A stretch of 63,849 nucleotides of DNA, the filler included, from Octopus bimaculoides (taxonomy: Eukaryota), in the NCBI RefSeq assembly GCF_001194135.2. It is 7 parts of 6 records of this genome, joined end to end, with 100 filler letters (N's around TTAATTAATTAA, not from the genome) between each part and the next. Parts side by side here need not be neighbours in the genome. Positions count along the whole stretch, not along the records: positions 9,486 to 32,134 come from NC_068992.1; 6 more parts are not named here. The stretch is one strand, 5' to 3'. Both the position numbers and the translations under genes were made by a program. Under the pieces are notes generated by a model. It was not told where the DNA came from, ran no database searches, and saw only the letters and a list, made by a program, of their open reading frames with translations. This document shows positions 12,072 to 25,954 of the stretch, in pieces (the first letter of the stretch is position 1; every line of letters starts with the position of its first letter).

Positions 12072-12462
12072 AGAAATATTAATATTTCTAAGTCTCTCTA
12101 AAGGTGACTACGGCAGCGGTACTGGATATTAATAGTTATCGCCAAGGTAACATGGGAGTCCGGAAAAATAGGACGAATGCTGCCGTTGATTAGCTCCAAG
12201 AGGCCATCGCCTGATTCAGCTGCTCTACATTGTAGATGCCAGACCAGCAAGGGGAAGCGGCTGACCTTCCCTGTTCGAAGATATTTAATTGACACAGGTT
12301 CGTGTGTCAAGTAGCTAATCAACGGCAGCATTAGTCTTATTTTAGCTAATCAATGGCAGCATTCGTTCTATTTTTCTGGAATGTCATGTTTGCTTGGCGA
12401 TGACTTTTAATATCCAGTCGTCGTAGTCTCCTTTAGAGAGACTAAGAAATATTAATATTTCT
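12072..12462. mobile_element. MITE with ~125-bp TIRs
   Basis: Left arm (agtctctctaaaggtgactacg...gctgccgttgattagct) is the reverse complement of the right arm. Both ends carry the palindrome AGAAATATTAATATTTCT. Confidence 0.75.
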
Positions 12463-12494
12463 GTTTTTGAAAACCAGTGGATGTATTCCACTGA

Positions 12495-12770
12495 ATTTAG
12501 GTAAATAATCCTTCGAACAGACGGTTAGTAGCGACAACTGCCTGGTTCGGCTGCTCCACATTGATAAGGGGCAAATACCCTGAAACCAGTCTGTATATGC
12601 CAGACCAGCAAGGGGAAGAGGCTGACCTCCCCTGTTCGAAGGTTATAATGGAGACAGGTTCGTGTGTGACATAGTTAGCCAGAGGCGATGGCCTCTTGGA
12701 GCTAATCAACGGCAGCATTCATCCTATTTTTCTGAACTGTCATGTTAGCTTGGCGATAACTATTAATATC
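12495..12770. mobile_element. Partial second copy of the same MITE family
   Basis: Shares gccagaccagcaaggggaag...gacacaggttcgtgtgt and the right-arm sequence with 12072-12462. Confidence 0.7.
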
Positions 12771-12809
12771 CTTAAATTTTCAAACAAATATATTTTAATG
12801 TTGGGTAGG

Positions 12810-13900
12810 ACCGCCTATGGCAATAATTACAGCTTAAATTCTACGAGGTATGGACTCGTACAACGTTTGAATTGTTTCCAACCAAAGGAATTTTGGGCCA
12901 TTCTACAGCTAAAACAGTCTGCAGTTCTTGTAGTGATGATAGTGGAGTATATAGACTCCTTACTTTTTTTTCTAAAATGCACCACAAATGTTCAATAATA
13001 TTGAGATCTGGGGACTGCGGTGGCCAGATAAGCTGTTCAACTTCACTAGAATGTTCTTCGTGTCATTCAGTAAAAGCTTTAGCTGTGTGAATTGTTGCAT
13101 TATCATCCTGAAAGATTGCGCATCCCTCCGGAAACAGTTCCATAACCATAGGATGAATTTGATCTGATAAAATGCTTAAACAGTCTTGACTATTAATTCT
13201 ACCATGAAGCGAAGCCATTGGGCCGGTGGATTTCCAAGATACAGCCTCCCACCACCAGATCATCACATATCCACCTCCATGTTTAACAGTTGGACGAAGG
13301 CAGTCTGGGTCAAATGCTTGTTTTGGCTGTCTGCACAGGTATACTGGGCCGGTGGTCAGAAATAAGGTAAATGGTGACTCGTCCGAGAAAATAGCATTCT
13401 TCCACTGATATAGGGACCAATTCTGTAGGTTTACACCACTCGAAACCTTTTGCATCATTTGTTTTTGGAAGTAGAGGTTTTCTGATTGCAGCCCTCCCGT
13501 GAAATACGGCTTTGTGCAGGTCGCGGCGAACACTTTTTTGGAAACTGGGTTCTCGAGTTGGTCATTAAGCTCTGCAGTAATTTTGGGAGCTATACTTTTG
13601 TGATCCTTTCAAACAATTTGCGTAAGAGTCCGAGGGTCCCTATCTGAAAGTTTTGGTTTTCTTCCGGAGTTTTGTTTCGACGAGGAGGTTTTTCCCTCCT
13701 TCTCAAAGCCTGTTATTACTTTGTAGACAGTACTTCCTGGTACACCAAACATTTCAGTTGTAGAATGACTGCATTTTGAGGTAGTTATCATCTCTACAGC
13801 ATACAAAGGTACTGTACTAGCAGTTAACGCTTCATTACCAAAGACAAGCGAATATTGTCATCATAATTATTACTGAAGCAACATTTCTGAATCTATACTG
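12810..13900 (-). mobile_element. Decayed Tc1-family (DD34E) transposon
   Basis: Frameshifted transposase: N-terminal HTH (13609-13806), IFSDES...VKHGGGYVMIW...IFQDDNATIHTAK, and WPPQSPDLNIIEHLW further downstream. Confidence 0.9.
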
Positions 13901-14249
13901 CATGCAATCTCTAATATGCTTCTAATCTGAACCTGTTTTCAAATAGAAAAATTAACACAAATGTCACGACTCGGGTATAAATAAATTTACGAAGAGAAAA
14001 GTCGTGAGAGTATAATAACATATTTTAGCGTAATTATAAAAAAAAAAAGCTACACTCTAAGTGGTGATGTAAAAAATGAGACACTACTTCCTTTCCAACC
14101 TAATACATACACACAGGAATACAAACTTACAAACATACATATACATACACACTAACATGCATACCAACAGACACGTGCATACACATACATACACACACTC
14201 ATACATTTCGTATATATATATATATATATATAAGAAGTAAGGAGCAAAA

Positions 14250-15660
14250 TCCTTCAAAAGGATGTTAAACATTCAAGTCCGCCAGTTCAATCCAAGAAAA
14301 GAATGTATAAAAACTATATATTCAATTTGGTATAATCAGTAAATAAAGAAAACAGAAAAGAAAAAGATATAAGCGTAGACGATCTTTTAATACAGAGTTG
14401 GAACAAATTTAATTTATCTCAGATTTGTTCTTCTGTTAAGGAAAAGAAATTATCTTGTTTTTATCTTCGTGATATCTCACTTAATGTTAGCGGGATCAAT
14501 TTCATGGGTGCCAAAGTTATTGATTTTTCCAATAGCTAGGGTGGTTGTGATGGTTTTGATTCTAATATAAGATTTAATAATAATGAAGTGGATAGCTTTT
14601 TGCTTAATAATTGTTGACAGCTTAAGTAGGGGTGGAAATTCCCTTTGTGATTGTAGAAACGAAGGAAATTGTTTATTTGGATTTTTTTTTATAGACGTTC
14701 ATCAAGCTAAAATCATTTCTGAGGTTAATGGTTACTTTTATATTGGTTTTTCTGCTAATTATATTAAGAAACGGGTTTCGAATCATTACCATTTCTTTAG
14801 GAACAGAAATAGGGCTTCGTCTTAGTAATATCATCTGGAATCTTAAAAATAATAATGAAACGTTCTCTATTGAATGGAACATTTTAGGAACGGCTCCGGC
14901 TTATAAGATAGGTAATAAGTCCTGTTCTCTTTGTTCTGAGGAATTATTTTTGATATTATTTTATAGAACAAAGTGGGTAAATTCAAACTTTGTAAGAGGA
15001 TTTTTCTGTGTTCATAGGAATAAATGTGTGTTTAAAAATTTTAAATAAGTCTATTATAGGTGTTTTCTAACCTTAATTAAGATTTGGCTTGTCTCACTTA
15101 TATATTCCCTGCTACATAAACATCGGATGGTGTAAAAGTTTTCTAGGTCAGCATGTGCGTTTGCAAAATCTATGTTCGGAAATGAATATACTACACCACA
15201 GAATTAGCTCGAATACTTTTTCTGAAGTCGTGTGGATCACAGACGTTCTGAAAGTTTCCCCATACACCTTTAATTTAAAGACTATAGCATTTTTTATTAA
15301 CATTTCCTAAGCTTATAATTCTGCTTTTTGAATCAGAAGCTAATTTGAATAATAGTTTGAAGTGCTTAATCATCTCATATTAGCATTTTGTTGAGTCACT
15401 ACTTGCAGGGTTTGCTCGAAATTCTAGGAAAACAATTCGAATCATTTCTTCACGTTTATGATTAGTGGAACCAAAGTTTAAATAATCTCTGGTGAATGTC
15501 AACTTGTGATGTGCAGTTGCCATCAAGCCAATTATTTGTCAATAATGAGTTTATCTCAAAAGCCCATTTTATAGTTTTTTTCGTTTCTCAAACAGTATTC
15601 ATTTTCTTTTTCAGTTCCTCGGGCGGACGCTTAGGTAAATAATTCCAGCCGCACAACTGT
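14250..15660. mobile_element. Penelope-like fragments in both orientations
   Basis: On +, 14820-15048 reads LSNIIWNLKNNNETFSIEWNILGTAPAYKIGNKSCSLCSEE...CVHRNK (GIY-YIG C-terminus). The flanking - strand carries degenerate RT-thumb-like text. Confidence 0.7.
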
Positions 15661-16036
15661 GTTTGACAGCATCATGTACGCTAAATGTATGAGAAATATG
15701 GAGAATTTGTATATGAATATGTGTATGTATGTATTTATCAATCTACCTATCTATCTAATGTTATATCAAAAATCCACAAATCTTAAATACAGCTTAAACA
15801 CACAAGGGAGCTAAGCTTCGACGTAAAAAAGATCTTAGTGGTTTATTAAGTGTCTGGTGGTCTACTTTTAAATTGCGACAATATGTATTTCTTGAAATGT
15901 AGACACAGAAAAAGATCATGTTCCTGTAATTCATGTATTCCTTGGAGGTTCCCAAATGTTTTATGCGATACAGTTTTTCAAGAGAACATACTGAGCTTTT
16001 CGACCCGTTGATATATGCATGTGTATATATGTGTGT

Positions 16037-16071
<35 letters not shown>

Positions 16072-16194
16072 AAATATATGCATATATATATATATATGCG
16101 TGCCTATGTGTGTGTATTAATATGTATTTATGTGAATATATGTGTGTGCGTGTCTGCGTGTGTATGTATGTATATATATATATAACAAATAATA

Positions 16195-16870
16195 AATGAG
16201 TATATGCATATATACGTACAGGTATGTGCATACCTACGTCTACCTGTATATATAGGTGCATATTTGGGTACAGGACATTGCAAACAAAACGTAGACAAGA
16301 AAATAATAATAACCAGAGTACAGAAAACACACAAGCCACATAGAGAACATTTTCCTTCATCAGCTACTCCCNNNNNNNNNNTTTGTATACACAAATTAAA
16401 CATGTGCCATGGAGGAATGTAGTGGAGGACAAAAAACAAGACAGGAAAACAAACGGAAAAGAAAACAAGACAGGAAAACAAACGGAAAAGGCTATGCCGC
16501 CAGACGTGAAAAATTATGTGTATATGAACGCTGTGAGGCACGAACTGAAAGCCGGGACGAAGTAAGTTCGCGTGTTTGCTCGGCGATAGCCAAGGAAGAA
16601 AAGGATTAGTGACCGGAAGCATGTGACCAGGGAGGGGTAAGGAAGAGAGAGAGTGGTAGAGGGAGAAACAAGGGGAGGAAATAGAAGAATAGGTGCGCAA
16701 CGAGAGAAAGAGAGGAAGAGAGAAATATAGTAGTGACAGAAGGAAGCGAGAGGGGAAAGAGAGAGATATAGTAGTAACAGAAGGAAGAACGAGAGGGGTA
16801 AAGAGAGATACGTAGTAGTAACAGAGGAAGAACGAGAGGGGGGAACAGTGATATAAAAGTAATATATATA
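16195..16870 (-). mobile_element. Dispersed repeat, probably a Penelope-like terminal region
   Basis: 16195-16560 closely matches 42285-42634; contains 30-bp and ~45-bp internal tandem units. Confidence 0.55.
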
Positions 16871-17736
16871 GCTGTGTTAATTAGTAAATTAGTAAATCCA
16901 CAATGGATGCGAAATAGAAAATCCTTTCACTTAATTCATATTGTGAACTCACTTTTCCACTCGTGTGCATGTTCTCATTAATAAACGAGATAAGGATTAA
17001 AATGTTTAAAATTATTAAAATATGAACTTGAAATTATGACTGTTCAATACATCCATACTAAAAGACTGGTCTTTTTTTCTATTTCTATTTTACCTTACAT
17101 CATCACCACAAATTTACTTAACATAATTCATTAGTCGCTGGAATGGATATATGATAAGAAGATTCCTTCTCGAAGGCACTGTTCCGGGTTCAGTACCACA
17201 CTGTGACATCTTGGCCTAAAGAAATACGTCTTTTTTATTTTCACTTTTCTCTTCACTCTTACGTTTGATTTATTTATCCTATCTTCTTCCTTTATCCTTA
17301 ATTGTTTTATGAACTTTTCTTACTTACCCGTACGCCAAGCTAAGTACAATAAATTATCACCTTCACCCACTTCAGCCTAGCAAGAATCTAGCCTAGCAGA
17401 CTCCTTCTCGCCCGGATCATTGACCGTGGATATCATATTACACCCTTTTCTTAACCTGAACAGCCAACATAGCTGCTCATTCTCCCATTTCACATTCACC
17501 CTCGACAGGCTCTAGCCACATCCTGGTTGTATTCTTGGGATATTCCTTTGCTTTGTAAAAATGACTTCTCATCTGATGATTATGGACTGTTCCGGGTTCA
17601 GTCCCACACTGTGACATCTTGGCCTAAAGAAATACGTCTTTGTTATTTTCACTTTTCCCTTCACTCTTACGTTTGATTTATTTATCCTATCTTCATAAAA
17701 CATATATATATATATATACCTTGTTGNNNNNNNNNN

Positions 17737-17776
<40 letters not shown>

Positions 17777-18207
17777 TTTGTATTTGGTTTACAAGATCCT
17801 TTATTTGAATTCGTGTGCTGAAGTGTATTTTATTGTGTCTTGAAGAGTCATTCGCTTTTACTGCTTTATTACCTAACACACTTTATTACATAACATATAC
17901 CCACTTAAACGTATATGTTACGTTAGAACACACTGTACTGAAGTAGATACTATGAGAAAAACTCTCATATTCGCTTTTGGTGCAAAATATACACTTGCTT
18001 GTATCGCTATCGGGGCCATTAACCCCCTACATCATTAGCAACGAGTCCACCAGAAACGTGATTTCGACTTGCCTTGGTTTCGTCAATGATGGATACTTGA
18101 TCGTTAGAGACAGCAGCGATTCCTCTCCAAGCCAGAGATATATAGGAGAACAATGCCTGAACAGGCGCTGGCGACACCAGCCCCAGTGAGCTTGTTACTA
18201 CTGTCTC

Positions 18208-18257
<50 letters not shown>

Positions 18258-20169
18258 ACTTTTGAGATTATTATATTGTTAGAATNNNNNNNNNNNNNNN
18301 NNNNNNNNNNNNNNNNNNNNNNNNNNNNNNNNNNNNNNNNNNNNNNNNNNNNNNNNNNNNNNNNNNNNNNNNNNNNNNNNNNNNNNNNNNNNNNNNNNNN
18401 NNNNNNNNNNNNNNNNNNNNNNNNNNNNNNNNNNNNNNNNNNNNNNNNNNNNNNNNNNNNNNNNNNNNNNNNNNNNNNNNNNNNNNNNNNNNNNNNNNNN
18501 NNNNNNNNNNNNNNNNNNNNNNNNNNNNNNNNNNNNNNNNNNNNNNNNNNNNNNNNNNNNNNNNNNNNNNNNNNNNNNNNNNNNNNNNNNNNNNNNNNNN
18601 NNNNNNNNNNNNNNNNNNNNNNNNNNNNNNNNNNNNNNNNNNNNNNNNNNNNNNNNNNNNNNNNNNNNNNNNNNNNNNNNNNNNNNNNNNNNNNNNNNNN
18701 NNNNNNNNNNNNNNNNNNNNNNNNNNNNNNNNNNNNNNNNNNNNNNNNNNNNNNNNNNNNNNNNNNATATATATATATATATATACGCATATATACATAC
18801 TTTACCCAACACACATACATATATGTACGTTGAGAGAAAGATATAATAACTGAGAAGAAATTCTATACATTTCAGTAAGACTGACTTTTGATCTGTCTGG
18901 AAGGCATTACTTCGTTGAGGTATCCATACAGAATAACTGAATAAAAAATAGGTACATCTTATTAAGTATATTTTAATACAGTTGTCTGAGTGGACGAAAT
19001 ATTTTCATTTTGAATTAGTTGTATTGATATTGGTATAAAGTAACGAGGGTAACATATCGTAAGTGTAGAAGTGTTCATGCAGCTAGTGAAATACATTTTT
19101 GAAATATAGCATTTCACCTATAAATTATTTGAGGAGATTGATTTTAAAGAAACCTTGAATTTATATTCTTATTTATGATATAGTGCTTTCGTTTTGGGAT
19201 TTGATTTGCAAGAAACTTAATCAGTAAGCATGTAGCATCGCGGAAGGCCTATTATAACATGGGAGCATGTGATTGATGAGGTTGTGTATTGCAACGAAAG
19301 AATCTAACGAACCTAGCTGCTTGATTGAATGTCCTAATGATTGATCAAACAAACAATAGACTAATTGATTAGTTAAATGTTTGACTAGTTCACAAATAAT
19401 GAAAGAATGCTGGCAACTTTTTCCCGTCTTATAAGGGTAAATACTCATTGTTTTTCTGCTGTTTTCTCAGCTTTACTGCGTTCGAAATCGATTTCTTGTC
19501 TGTAAAATATCAACATATTTGGCGCTTCCAAAGTTTGCTTATAAAATATCGTAAAAACGTATGTTTATTATTGACAAAATGATATGCACGAGATACAAAA
19601 TGTTTTCCAATTCAACACTTTTATTTTGATGTCATAATTATAAATTAGCCAACAGATTCTGGGTATGCAGAATATTTAAGTATGCATCAAGATTTAAATA
19701 ATTTCTCAAATACTCCAAGCTTTTTGAGGTTGGATATTTGTGTAAGAGAAATCCTATTATTCTATATCATTTGTTGTTACAGTGTGCAACATTCTAGCAT
19801 TCTTATATATATGTATATATGTTGTACTAGGTTGATACTCTCTTGTTACTTCACTGTTAGAAGGACAGTGAATACAACTGTACTTCATAATTTGCAATGT
19901 GAAATAATGTAAAAATAAGGAAATATTGGATATTACATAATTTTTTTTTAAATGTTAGAATCACTTCAGTTGTGTTTGAACTACTGATGCAATTTAAAAT
20001 GAAACAAATCGAACGAAAGAAAGAAATATCACTAACTTACGCTGATGATTATTATACAATCGTCAATTGCAGCTTTATTTATCCGTAAATTCCGATAGGT
20101 GGCCGTATAATTTGACTACCCAATACTTTTGTGTGGGTCTGTGGATAATAGTTTGGGTGATGAGAAATA

Positions 20170-21200
20170 TTCGGTGCTAGTGTGTGTGGAGTGGGAAGGT
20201 GTTTATGTGTGAGTGTGTGTAATGGTATGTGAATGGAGCAATGAGTTGAACAGTATGTATGGGTATGTGTATAGATTCTTGTGTGTGGTGAGGTACCGAG
20301 GTAGGTGGTATGCAGGTGTATAGGTGTGTAGGTGCATGGGGAGGGCAGTTGAAAGTGGGATATGTGTGCCAATGCATGTGGATATGGTTCCAGATGAAGA
20401 GAAGTTGTGAGCTGAGACCATATGGCGCAAAGAAGCGAAGAGAGAAGATTAATTCCTTTTCAAGGCAAAGGCAGGAGTTCGGGTGGCCCCGTGCAGAGAC
20501 AGTACGAATACAGATGTTGTAGCGAATGACCGGTAGAGCGGAAGTTGCGCGAGACCGAGCTGTTATAACCGAGTCTGTCTCGGGTTTGCTACGCGAACCA
20601 GTCAGCCAAGCGGCATCCCGTTTGGCGAAGGATAGAGAGAGTAGGAGATGCAGTAAGTAACGTTGCTAGAGGTATAGGCAAAGGAGTCGGTGACGTGAGA
20701 GGTACGGTGATGAGTGCCAGTGAGGATGGTGGTGTTGGAGAGCTAGGGGCAAGTGCGACAGCTTGGGCGAGATCAGGGGTGGGGCCAGGCTGAGAGACAG
20801 GGAAGAGACTGTGTACCAGAAGGTCACGCAGGTTATGGACTCGTTTGAAGTAGCTTAGAGAAGATGTGCGATGTGGATGGGTCGGACTCGAAACGCTAGA
20901 AGGCTTGGAGGATGGTACATTGGAGGGGTAGGGTGTAGTCGTAGTAGGCAGGGATTGTGAGTGAGTGCGTTTCTAGTGGATGGAAGTAGTGAGAGCAGAG
21001 TGGTGTATGCTAACAGAAATGTCGATAAATTCGAGGGAAGATTTAGAGATATTGCAGGGGAATTCGAGAGCAAGATGGAAGGTTTGGACAACGGAGAGGT
21101 ATGAGTCTAGATGTTCTTGTGAGGGGGCTAAGATAGGTAAGGATACAGCAAGTTGGTGTATTAGTTTGACGCTCAGGAGAAATGGAAAAGTCTTTGACGC
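20170..21200 (-). mobile_element. Penelope-like retroelement remnant (RT C-terminus + GIY-YIG + 3' tail)
   Basis: SLEFIDISVSI...TTSIH*K (RT), TDSFAYTSSNVTYCIS...TGCRLADWFA...STGHSLQHL (GIY-YIG), EKELIFSLRFFAPYGL (C-terminus); internal deletion. Confidence 0.85.
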
Positions 21201-21889
21201 TTTGATTCTACGTTCTTCGACAGAAAGTGATAACAGGTAAAAGAAATTGGAGAGGAAACGAAAAAAGCGGAGAGAAGGGAAAATGTGTAGGGACTAACAG
21301 TTTAACATGATGAAATGTTCGAAAGAGGCTGAGGTTAGGGGGGATAATGACGGTGACAGAGTTATGTGCAAGCGCGTGTGTGCATGTAAAGATGATGAGT
21401 GTGAGTGTGTATAATGGCGAGTGCGGGTGAATACATGCGTGGGTGAACCGAAAATTATGTGCGCCTGTGTGTGCGAATGAGAGCGTCTGTGTGTATGTGT
21501 ATAAGTAACCCAGTGTGAGCGTTGTATGGAGGGATGTGCGTTCCATGTCTCTATGCATGTGTGTGAGTATGGACCTGTGTATATGTTTTTGAAGCTGTGT
21601 ATACTACATGTGTGGGGCGCTGTCAGGTGTGTGTGTGTGTGTGTGTGTAAAACCTTGCATGTAGAAGTTAATGTATGCTTGTTGGTGTAGTGTTTGCACA
21701 TGGGTGTGTTAGTGCATGAGGTGTGTGTGTGTGTGACTCTATAGTGTGTATATGTATTGAGTATGCAAAAGCTGTGTGCGTGTGTATATCGTCTGTTTTT
21801 GCGTGTTGTGTGCGTTAATAATGTGCTTTGTAGGAGAATGCATGGAGGTTTAGAATAGCGGTGACGTGAGTTAGGAGTAGGGAGGCATT

Positions 21890-22555
21890 GAGCGCTAGTG
21901 TATGTAGAATGAGAAGGTGTGTGAGTGCATGTTTATGCTAGTGTGTGGGGTATGTGCATAATGGTACACTGGGTGCGTACTAAGTTGAACAGTGTGTGTG
22001 GGTGGTTCTATAATAAGTGTGTGTGACGAGGGTACTGAGTTAACTGGTGTACAGGTGTGGAGTAGAGAAGGAGCAGTTAAACGTTAGATATGTGTGTGAA
22101 AGTGTGAAGGATTTGTTTCAGATGAAGAGAGATGATGAATTAAGACCACAAGGAGCAAAAGAATGAAAAGAGTAAATCTATTCTTGTTCACAATGGATAC
22201 GAGAGTTCAGGTGGTCGCTGTGCAAAGAGTATCTGAATACAGAGAGATGTTGTGGCGAATGACCGGTTGTGACGAGGTGGCAAGAGACCGGAGTGTCGTT
22301 GCCGAGACTGGTGTCGCGAAGATATCTACGTAGGGTGAAGTGACAAGCAATGAGTTGAGACTGGGTCTCAAAGTCATGGTCGCCTCTGCACAGCCGGCGT
22401 AGACGAAGGAACTGGGAGAGGATGGTGTAGGTAGGGTGGTAGGAGGAGGAGAAGTTGAGATAGCAGTGTAGTTTGTAATGGATGGAGGTGGTAATAGCAG
22501 GATGGTAGATGTTAACAGAAATGTTGAGAAATTCTAATGGGGAAGTTGAAAACAG
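21890..22555 (-). mobile_element. Second Penelope-like remnant in tandem
   Basis: [13 protein letters not shown]...TTSIHYK...[10 protein letters not shown], then [29 protein letters not shown] and EQE*IYSFHSFAPCGLN. The 3' tail is homologous to 20175-20460. Confidence 0.9.
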
Positions 22556-22572
22556 TGCGTATATATACATAT

Positions 22573-22699
<127 letters not shown>

Positions 22700-24720
22700 T
22701 ATATATAAATACTTGTATCCTGTGAATAGATAAGATGATTTTAGGGTGATTACCCGTAATGGTTGCTGAAATTGGTTCTCTATGATATGTGACATAAGTG
22801 GTGATTATTAAGTCACCACTTATGATACATATGTGTCATTGCTAACATAATTGATAGCTAACAGAATTTCTTCTGATGGAATTCATTTTTTATCTTACAT
22901 ATTATTGGAGATGGTATCTTTTACTGACGATTCATGAAACTTATGTTCGTGCATTTTAAAAGACGATGGATTATCTTGAACTGGAGAAAGTGAACTACTT
23001 CTTTGTTTATGCTGTGTGGGGAAGTATGTGTAATTTTCTTAACATCATTTCAAGAAATGATGTTATGGTATTCGGCTCATAAAAATATTTCAGAAGTTCA
23101 TACGAAGGTATTTATTGTTTGTACCTCACAGTTATAGTGAAGGCCATTAAAACAGGGGAAACGCGATAGGTTAATACAGAGGAGATTGAAGTTAGAGAAA
23201 TTACTGAGAAAATTTCGATGTTATGTTACGAAGAGGGATTGTAATATCTGGAAGTCAACAATGGAAGAACATTAGGTACAAGAAACGAAATCATAAAATT
23301 GTTCTAATGTTTCCATCGTAAGTATGAGAGAAGTAAAATATCCCATTTCTCTGTGAATCAGAATGATGTAATCGATGTTCTAATACACTTTTCTCCTACA
23401 ACAGTTTAAAGATAAGATTTTGGAATCTATATAAGATTAGAGATTGAAAGAAGAAAGAGTGAAATGATGCAATACTACTCCTCAGGTAAAACCAACAAAG
23501 GAACACCTACTGAGGTGGTACGTGTATTGACATGGAAATCTGGTGAAGTAGTATGACCGTGAAATATGTTTACTGAGATGTTGAAAACCTCATATTATGT
23601 TTGCCATTATCCATTCACCACAACGTTAATATTGCAATACATAACGAATTATTCATAATAATTTACATAAAACATCATCGGCAACTAGTACCTCACAACA
23701 GAGTCAATGAAGAAGATAGTTACAATAAAAATCAGAACAGATGACAAGTATGGATATTTACTTTAACAAATTTTAGGTAGTTTACTTCTGGAACGCTTAA
23801 GTGTCGTAAATGCACTTAACTCTAAACCTCAAATGCCATATGCTTACTACCAGCTATTTTCTGAATATGAACTCGCAACATCTCCTTTACTTGTTAATTT
23901 ACAAATATCTATTCCCAAATTTACTTATTGCACAAACTTCATAACATAGTACTGCGCTGTCATCTATACGGACCGTTTGTACACAGGCATGTTGGCTTCT
24001 CATCGCTATTACTGTGGCTTCTGCTGTTTCAGGCTGATAGTTTGGTTATTTTATTCTCTCAGATACATTAAAAAGACTTTACTCGCATCTTCTTATCGCT
24101 TGTATTTTGTCCATACCTTCATCTTCTCAGCTCCAAGCTCACAATAATCAAGTATGTCAGGTTTTTCTTCTTATATCTGCTCACCACCTGTTGTTTTTTC
24201 TCCTCTCTGCAGACACCGACTTGTAACTTTTCAAAAGTAATATTCTCCATGTCAAAATCATTTGCAATTTGCAATCCCGTAACAAATGCCAATAATATCA
24301 CTCTTTACCTAGAGAAAAGTGATTTGAATTTAAATGTCGGCTGGAGCCTGGCTAAATTATTATTATTTGAGATGTATATATAATGATACTATAAGCAAAA
24401 GTTGGGTTAGAACATGTTCAAAACAGAATTTAGTACACAAGTCGGTGTTCACGAAGAATCTATCCACAAGCCCATTTAATCCATTCCATTTTTGTATGTC
24501 ACTGTATTTCAAGACTGAATATATTTATAGAAAAATTCATACAGGTGAGGCCCACAATCAAGTACTGCACTTCCATCTGGGATGGGGTTGCTACTGCGCG
24601 CATTGACATCATGGATGACATTCGTTGCAGGATCACTCAGCTTGCTGGTACCCCATTGTTAATGAGCTCACTCTAGGCTGCAACTCATAGACATACTGTA
24701 TCTTTGCTATTTCTCTCCCC

Positions 24721-24781
<61 letters not shown>

Positions 24782-25649
24782 ACTTTTTTCTTTCTTTCTC
24801 TCTCTCTCTCTTTCTCTCACTTTTTTCTTTCTTTCTCTCTCTCTCTCTATCTCTCTCTCTCTCTCTCTCTCTGCCGTAGCCTTTTCTATATTTATCATAA
24901 CGGGATCCAGTTCCTGAAACTGCTTCAACAATCAGGTGGCCACGATACACCCGTTCCTCCTTATCTCGTCATCCTTCTTTTGACTTAAACCTCCCATTCC
25001 TACACTAACCACTAAATCCAGTCTTCTTTCCTTAGAACATAGGCTCCTTGAACTATTCTCTTTGCCCACATGTTTCCTGACCTGCAGTAGGACGATTACC
25101 AGCATATGCAATGTATTACGGATAATTTAGTCTCGTCCAAACTCGGCAAATAAAATCCATAAGTATATTTAGAAACCTGAAAATAGTTCCAGATTACATT
25201 ACAATATTCAAAGACAGAATTAGAGCAATGGATATAGCAACATTTACATATGACATTAGTCCATATTCAGAAAGAAATTTGATAGATTCTAATAGTGTAT
25301 ATCAGATGTAAGCAAAGCGCACACAAAAGTTGCAGAAGTCCCTCTATCAGAACGTATTAAAACTAGATATCATAGACTCGCTGGCGTAGTTAGCGATAGC
25401 AGCGTGCCTAAAATGATGACTAAATTATTCCCTAGACGTAGTTAATAACATCTATTAGTAACGATGTAATAAATATAAGAATTATCTGATGTAGTAAGGG
25501 CAGAGTTTTCGAGTGGTGATTCAAGGTACAGCTAACTCTACTCTAAACAAATAATTATACCATTGTTTATGAGACAGTAAAATCTGGATGCAAAAGACTG
25601 ATAAATTCTATACAAAAGTGCTTATGTGTTAACTGTTATATTTTTACAT

Positions 25650-25870
25650 CATAATCTGCAATGAATGCAAAATTCGAATGTCCTAAATAAGACGTTAGAC
25701 AATATAAGCTTGTTGTACTGTGCAATTATGAATGTTCCTTGTTTATGAACGATATTTTTAAATGGCAAAAAAGTATATATGATTGACGATAGTTGTGAAA
25801 ATATTACATTATCAAGAGTGGAAAATATCTTGCAATGGGAACTCAAAAAGATGTACCAGACGAAAAAGAA
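25650..25870 (+). mobile_element. Penelope-like GIY-YIG N-terminal relic
   Basis: Degenerate LLYCAIMNVP...GKKYI*LT...HYQEWKIS, resembling the VYxA...YIGxT...RxxxH pattern. Confidence 0.5.
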
Positions 25871-25954
25871 GAAGGAAGACGATTGATGATACTTTTCAGG
25901 GTGGATTCGTCCGCCAATTGAATGCATAGATACACAAATGATTATAAGAGTTGC

